Shown here in pieces: positions 59,614-64,000 of a stretch of 64,000 nt of DNA (position 1 is the stretch's first letter; each line of letters starts with the position of its first letter). The notes under the pieces were generated by a model. The model was not told where the DNA came from, did no database searches, and saw nothing but the letters and a program-made list of their open reading frames with translations. Made by a program: the position numbers and the translations under genes. Location: contig CAXXLL010000002.1 of NCBI GenBank assembly GCA_963662545.2, positions 896,001 to 960,000 of the forward strand, written 5' to 3'. The stretch comes from Gammaproteobacteria bacterium. GTDB taxonomy: Bacteria > Pseudomonadota > Gammaproteobacteria > Ga0077536.

Positions 59614-59918
59614 GGAATTGGATGAGGGAATTTCAGGGACAGTTTACTTATTAAGATGATTTAGCCTAATTACAAAAAGGTGGAGAGATGGCCCGTTCTC
59701 TTGCGAAAGACTATTTCAATGAAGCAAGTGGAAAGTAAATTCGGTCGCAAGGCACCCGTATATTCGAAATAGTCGCCAGAGCGCGTCCTTCCCACGGCGC
59801 GGGCTAGAATGATAACGAGACCTCCAAAGTGCAGCGAAGAATTTAGCGCGCGCGACTCCAGCTCAACTGCTCACGCAACTTGCTGGTAGACACGAGCAAA
59901 CTCGCTAGTCAGGAATAT

Positions 59919-60536
59919 TTATAATAGCTGCAGGGTAATTAGCGGTATGTTTATCGTTATCAAGAATGCAGTTAAAGATAGTGAATATTTTCCTTTTGAT
60001 CTTATCGGTGAAAGCATCAAAAGGCTTAATACAATATAAACGATCGCCAAATAACTGGAAGGAATATTTATTAATAACGACAAATAAATTAAGTGAGCAG
60101 CAAGCGAGGCTTGCAAGCCGACTACAACGCCGCGTGAATTCTTTTCAACATTAAACCGTGCCAGTCTATAAATTCCAGAAAATACAAAGCAGCACGCGGC
60201 AATCATCAGGTACTCATTTCCTGAATGTAGACTAATAAGAAATGGTGGAATAAGAAAAGCGATTACGTCAACTAAGGAATCCAAGTCCGCCCCGAGCGGG
60301 GAAAACATATTAAATTTTTTCGCTATAAAACCATCTAAAGTGTCAAATATGTCGCAAACGGTCCAAAGCAATAAGGCACCTAACAAAAAGTGGTTATTTA
60401 GCAGTAGATAAATCCCACTTAGTGCAAATGCCAAAGTAAAACACGTGACAAAATTTGGAATGGTTAAATTCTCAAATCGTTCGTCGAAAAAGAACTTGTA
60501 ATTTTCGTTTTTTGTATTCAAAGCGATGATTTTCAT
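59919..60536 (-). CDS. CDP-alcohol phosphatidyltransferase (PssA-like), AT-rich
   Basis: 'IPNFVT', 'FDTLDGFIAK...GADLDSLVDVIAF', 'YRLARFN'. Confidence 0.88.
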   Translation of the reverse strand: MKIIALNTKNENYKFFFDERFENLTIPNFVTCFTLAFALSGIYLLLNNHFLLGALLLWTVCDIFDTLDGFIAKKFNMFSPLGADLDSLVDVIAFLIPPFLISLHSGNEYLMIAACCFVFSGIYRLARFNVEKNSRGVVVGLQASLAAHLIYLSLLINIPSSYLAIVYIVLSLLMLSPIRSKGKYSLSLTAFLITINIPLITLQLL

Positions 60537-60686
60537 AAATGTTTTAGCCCTGGATTGTTAAAACCCCTCTATTATTGCCGCTAATTTGTACGCTTATTGG
60601 CCGACGAACAAGGACGAATTCTTACGTGAATGTGGGGACCTTATGGTTGTGTAAGTTTGCTTGAACTCGATGGCTTAACGATATTT

Positions 60687-60706
60687 GGGGGGGGGGGGGG
60701 GGGGGG
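60687..60706. repeat. G20 homopolymer
   Basis: 20 consecutive G about 150 bp upstream of the phosphatidyltransferase start. Confidence 0.85.
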
Positions 60707-61201
60707 AGTGCAGCTGCGCATGGTTCTAAAAGTCGGCGTAAGAGCGGATAAGATCGCGCAGGTTTTTCGGTAGGAAATATCTGTCGATGATAATTGCCTG
60801 ATTTCATTGGTTCGAAACACAATTTCATGCCCGCACTTTTGAGATTCCGGTGCGGGCGATTCATGCTCTGGCGGTTTTCGCTGCTTTTCAAGACGAATCG
60901 TCGTCGCAGCGCAATCAATCTACTCGCGGAAACGGAAGTCCGCTTAGGAAGCGTGAGCATTATAGTCTAATTAGTCGCCGCGCGCGCGTAAGCTACTTGA
61001 AAGCGTTGTGCAGAAGCGGGACTTGACAGCTATATCTGTGAAGTCGAGCACGCCTATACTTCCAACGCGACGTGCGCTTTGAACGAAAGGATCGATAAAG
61101 AACGCTAATAAATCAAGGGGCTATCATGTCGATGCAAAGCCCTTAGCCCGCAAGGGCAAATGAGTTTATACCCTAAATAGCGACAGCCGCCCGGAGCAAT
61201 C

Positions 61202-61474
61202 ATGTGCAGGAATATAAAGACTCTCTTCAATTTCGAACCACCGACGACGAATGATGAAATTCGGGATGCATCGATCCAGTTCGTGCGAAAGCTCAGTGGT
61301 TCCACTAGACCATCTAAGGCGAATGAAGCCGCTTTCGAGCGTGCTGTTGACGATATCTCTACTGTGGTGCGGACGCTTCTCGATTCGCTGGTCACCTCTG
61401 CACCACGAAGAAATCGCGAAGCCGAAGTGGCTAAAAATCGGGCGAGAGTTGCTGAGCGGATCGGTACGAGATGA
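61202..61474 (+). CDS. DUF2277 family protein
   Basis: 'MCRNIKTLFNFEPP..DEIRDASIQFVRKLSG...NEAAFERAV'. Confidence 0.9.
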   Translation: MCRNIKTLFNFEPPTTNDEIRDASIQFVRKLSGSTRPSKANEAAFERAVDDISTVVRTLLDSLVTSAPRRNREAEVAKNRARVAERIGTR

Positions 61475-61815
61475 GCTTCAAATCAATTTATTGGAGGCTT
61501 CTGAACACACTGGCGCGAGTTTTCGGGCTCATGTCCACGGCCTCTGGGGCATACTTTGCTGCGCGGGGTATTTACTACCTTATTGAGCCAGAGGTGGTCT
61601 ATCCGAAAGATATACTTGGCTTCCATCCTTCATTCCGCCTGTTTGCGATTGCTACTGTTCTCTTGGTTATCGGTGTGCATTTCATTCGGGGTGAAGCACA
61701 TCGCCCAGACCTCCCGGAAAATAGGAAGCCTGGTCGTTCCCTATCGCGGCGGACGCATAATTGGTGGAATGGCGAACCCCTGAATGATCAACCGGATCGT
61801 GAAGCCGACCCCTAA
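61471..61815 (+). CDS. Hypothetical membrane protein
   Basis: Two hydrophobic segments; ATGA overlap with the DUF2277 gene. Confidence 0.55.
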   Translation: MSFKSIYWRLLNTLARVFGLMSTASGAYFAARGIYYLIEPEVVYPKDILGFHPSFRLFAIATVLLVIGVHFIRGEAHRPDLPENRKPGRSLSRRTHNWWNGEPLNDQPDREADP

Positions 61816-61890
61816 CGAGAAAATTTCAGTCGACGGGAATAACCAAGCGGCTGGTCTTCGACCTTAATGATTTAGTAGGAATGGCGTGAA

Positions 61891-62340
61891 ATGGACATAT
61901 GGGTAGACGCAGATGCATGCCCTGTCGTGATCAAAGATATTTTGTATAGAGCGGCAGAGCGGACCAGAGTGCAGCTGACGCTTGTCGCTAATCAAGCTCT
62001 GCACGTACCGCCGTCGCGCTTCATTAATTTTCTACAGGTAACATCTGGTCTTGATGTCGCTGACAATGAGATAGTTAAAAGGCTTAGCGTGGGTGACCTT
62101 GTAATCACGAGTGACATTCCCTTGGCGGCGGAGGTGATTGAGAAGGGAGGACATGCTCTCAATCCTCGTGGCGAACTGTATTCGGCGGACAATATTAGAG
62201 ATCGTCTTAATATGAGAGACTTTATGGATACGCTGCGATCCAGCGGAATCTATGCAGGTGGTCCGGCGGCGCTAAGCCAAAGTGCACGGAAATCTTTTGC
62301 GAATCAATTGGACAAATTGCTAACTAGTGTGCATCCCTAA
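61891..62340 (+). CDS. yaiI: YaiI/YqxD (DUF188) family protein
   Basis: '[10 protein letters not shown]', '[12 protein letters not shown]', 'NPRGELY', '[13 protein letters not shown]'. Confidence 0.92.
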   Translation: MDIWVDADACPVVIKDILYRAAERTRVQLTLVANQALHVPPSRFINFLQVTSGLDVADNEIVKRLSVGDLVITSDIPLAAEVIEKGGHALNPRGELYSADNIRDRLNMRDFMDTLRSSGIYAGGPAALSQSARKSFANQLDKLLTSVHP

Positions 62341-62379
62341 ACGCGATGCGGTTGAAATAAAAAGGAAAATTTGTCGCTT

Positions 62380-64000
62380 AAGGGATCGAAACCTCCGGTG
62401 GGTCGTGATCTAATGGAACTTCAAACCTCTGATTTTCCACACAATCATCGACACCACAGGAGGGGGAATGCGTCAGAAACGCACGGCCCAAGCGAGTATA
62501 TACGAGCTGTTTGCTGACCATGACCTGGGGCGAGAGCTGCAGGGCATGTCCGAGTGGCTCGATGCTCACCCCAAGGTCCTCACGCCGGTCATGAACGATC
62601 TGTGTCGGCGGGGTTTGAAGCCCACCGGTCGACGCGGACTGTCGGCGGAGTCGGTGCTGCGCTGCGCGGTGCTCAAGCAGCACCGGCAATTGAGTTACGA
62701 GGAGCTGGCCTTTCACCTGCAGGACTCGGCGAGCTTTCAGGCCTTCGCCCGGTTGCCGGGTAATGAACGTCCGAAGAAGTCTGCCTTACAGCGGGTGGTC
62801 TCGGCGATCCAGGTATCGACGTGGGAGTCTATTCATCGCGCCCTGCTGGCGACGGCGAAAGAGACGCGCATTGAGCCGGCACAGCGTGTACGGATTGATA
62901 GCACGGTAACGGACAGTGCCATCCACGCGCCGAGCGACAGTCATCTGCTGTGGGATGGCGTGCGTGTTGTGGTTCGTCTGCTCGCACAGGCGCGCGAGTT
63001 GCCTGGCGCGCCGGAGTTGTGCTTCGTGAACCACACTCGATTGGCGAAGAAGCGTGCGCGGGCGCTGTGGTATGCGCGTGGTGCGAAGCAACGCCAACGT
63101 CTGTATCGCGATTTGATTGGGGCGACGCGTTCAACCTTGGAAGCGGTAGCGAGGGTACGTGAGCAGCTGCTGAGCCCGGGCGTCACCGGCGTTGAACTGC
63201 CGGACTGGCTAGCGCAGGTAGCGCACTACGAAACACTTGTTCTGCAGGTGATTTCGCAAACTGAGCGGCGGGTGTTCGGCGGTGAGAAGGTCCCCGCGAG
63301 CGAGAAGTGCGTGAGCTTGTTCGAGCCGCATACCGACATCATCATAAAGGGTGCGCGCGACGTTCAGTACGGACACAAAATCAATCTGGCTTCGGGGCGC
63401 AGTGGCCTCATCCTCGACGTGGTCATCGAGCGAGGCAATCCGGTCGATAGTCAGCGCTTCATGCCGATGCTCGAACGGCATCGAACACACTACGGGACGA
63501 TGCCACGACAGGTCGCCGCCGATGGCGGCTATGCGAGCCTCGACAATCTCCGGGCGGCGAAAGCAGAAGGCATCGAAGACGTTGCCTTCCACAAGAAGCG
63601 CGGGCTCGCGATCGCCGACATGGTCAAGAGTCAGTGGGTCTATCGACGCTTGCGCAACTTCCGCGCCGGCATCGAGGCCGGTATCTCCTGCCTGAAGCGT
63701 GCATACGGATTGGCACGTTGCACCTGGAAGAGCCTGCCGCACTTCGAAGCCTACGTGTGGTCTTCTGTGGTCGCCTACAACCTCAGCCTGCTCGCGCGCT
63801 ATCAACTCGAATAGCGACGTTCACTCGCACTAACTGACCTCCTCGATATCGTCGAACGGGCGACTTTGGGTTGCAGCGCTCTGCGGCCGGCGAACGTACT
63901 CACAATTACGCTCGAAGAGCCCTTCGACCCCCACCGAACCGCCGCTACCGCTCCAACAACCTACTTTCAACACCTCGATTTCTCCGTGCCCATCGAAGAA
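62380..64000 (+). mobile_element. IS element carrying the 62468-63814 transposase (ends not resolved)
   Basis: Intact transposase; no TIR pair or TSD identified, right end may lie beyond the window. Confidence 0.5.
62468..63814 (+). CDS. ISNCY/IS5-like DDE transposase
   Basis: 'SYEELAFHLQDS', 'RIDSTV', 'SLFEPHTDII', 'YGHKINL', 'AADGGYAS', 'FRAGIEAGISCLKR'; RBS GGAGG. Confidence 0.9.
   Translation: MRQKRTAQASIYELFADHDLGRELQGMSEWLDAHPKVLTPVMNDLCRRGLKPTGRRGLSAESVLRCAVLKQHRQLSYEELAFHLQDSASFQAFARLPGNERPKKSALQRVVSAIQVSTWESIHRALLATAKETRIEPAQRVRIDSTVTDSAIHAPSDSHLLWDGVRVVVRLLAQARELPGAPELCFVNHTRLAKKRARALWYARGAKQRQRLYRDLIGATRSTLEAVARVREQLLSPGVTGVELPDWLAQVAHYETLVLQVISQTERRVFGGEKVPASEKCVSLFEPHTDIIIKGARDVQYGHKINLASGRSGLILDVVIERGNPVDSQRFMPMLERHRTHYGTMPRQVAADGGYASLDNLRAAKAEGIEDVAFHKKRGLAIADMVKSQWVYRRLRNFRAGIEAGISCLKRAYGLARCTWKSLPHFEAYVWSSVVAYNLSLLARYQLE

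Noticed and set aside
61811-62360. Integron cassettes (CCTAAC after a stop, small genes)
   Set aside because: No convincing RYYYAAC...GTTRRRY attC pairs and no integrase
62468-63814. This transposase or the IS4 enzyme as mobiliser of the MITE
   Set aside because: Neither is flanked by the GGAACCTCTGAATAA TIR within the window
1-64000. Genome-wide UGA reassignment (genetic code 4 or 25)
   Set aside because: Many full-length genes end at TGA; read-through is indicated only at Cys-equivalent redox positions

Overview
GC-rich (~60% by eye) bacterial chromosomal window, most consistent with an uncultured proteobacterium (taxonomy inferred). It is dominated by catabolic and redox genes: acetoacetate-CoA ligase, amidohydrolases, amidase, crotonases, luciferase-like monooxygenases, alpha/beta hydrolases, a three-subunit hydantoinase/oxoprolinase-type operon, and two RND/MMPL transporters with DUF1329, DUF1302 and LolA-like proteins. 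The ORF track misses three probable selenoprotein genes, each with an in-frame TGA in a redox motif and a SECIS-like hairpin just downstream: an AhpD/CMD protein (CxxU) heading the hydantoinase operon, a ResA/TlpA-like protein (WxxWUGC) and a peroxiredoxin-like protein (UPFC). Mobile and repeat content: a complete IS10-like IS4 element (TIRs, 9-bp TSD) inserted in a REP-like palindrome, an ISNCY/IS5-like transposase, and a ~162-bp hairpin-forming MITE family (3 full, 3 remnant copies) that often abuts stop codons. Also present are several REP-like palindromes, a G8-frameshifted gene, a truncated MBL gene and an AT-rich phosphatidyltransferase next to a G20 tract. No rRNA, tRNA or CRISPR array was recognised. 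All family calls come from motif recognition by eye, not database searches.
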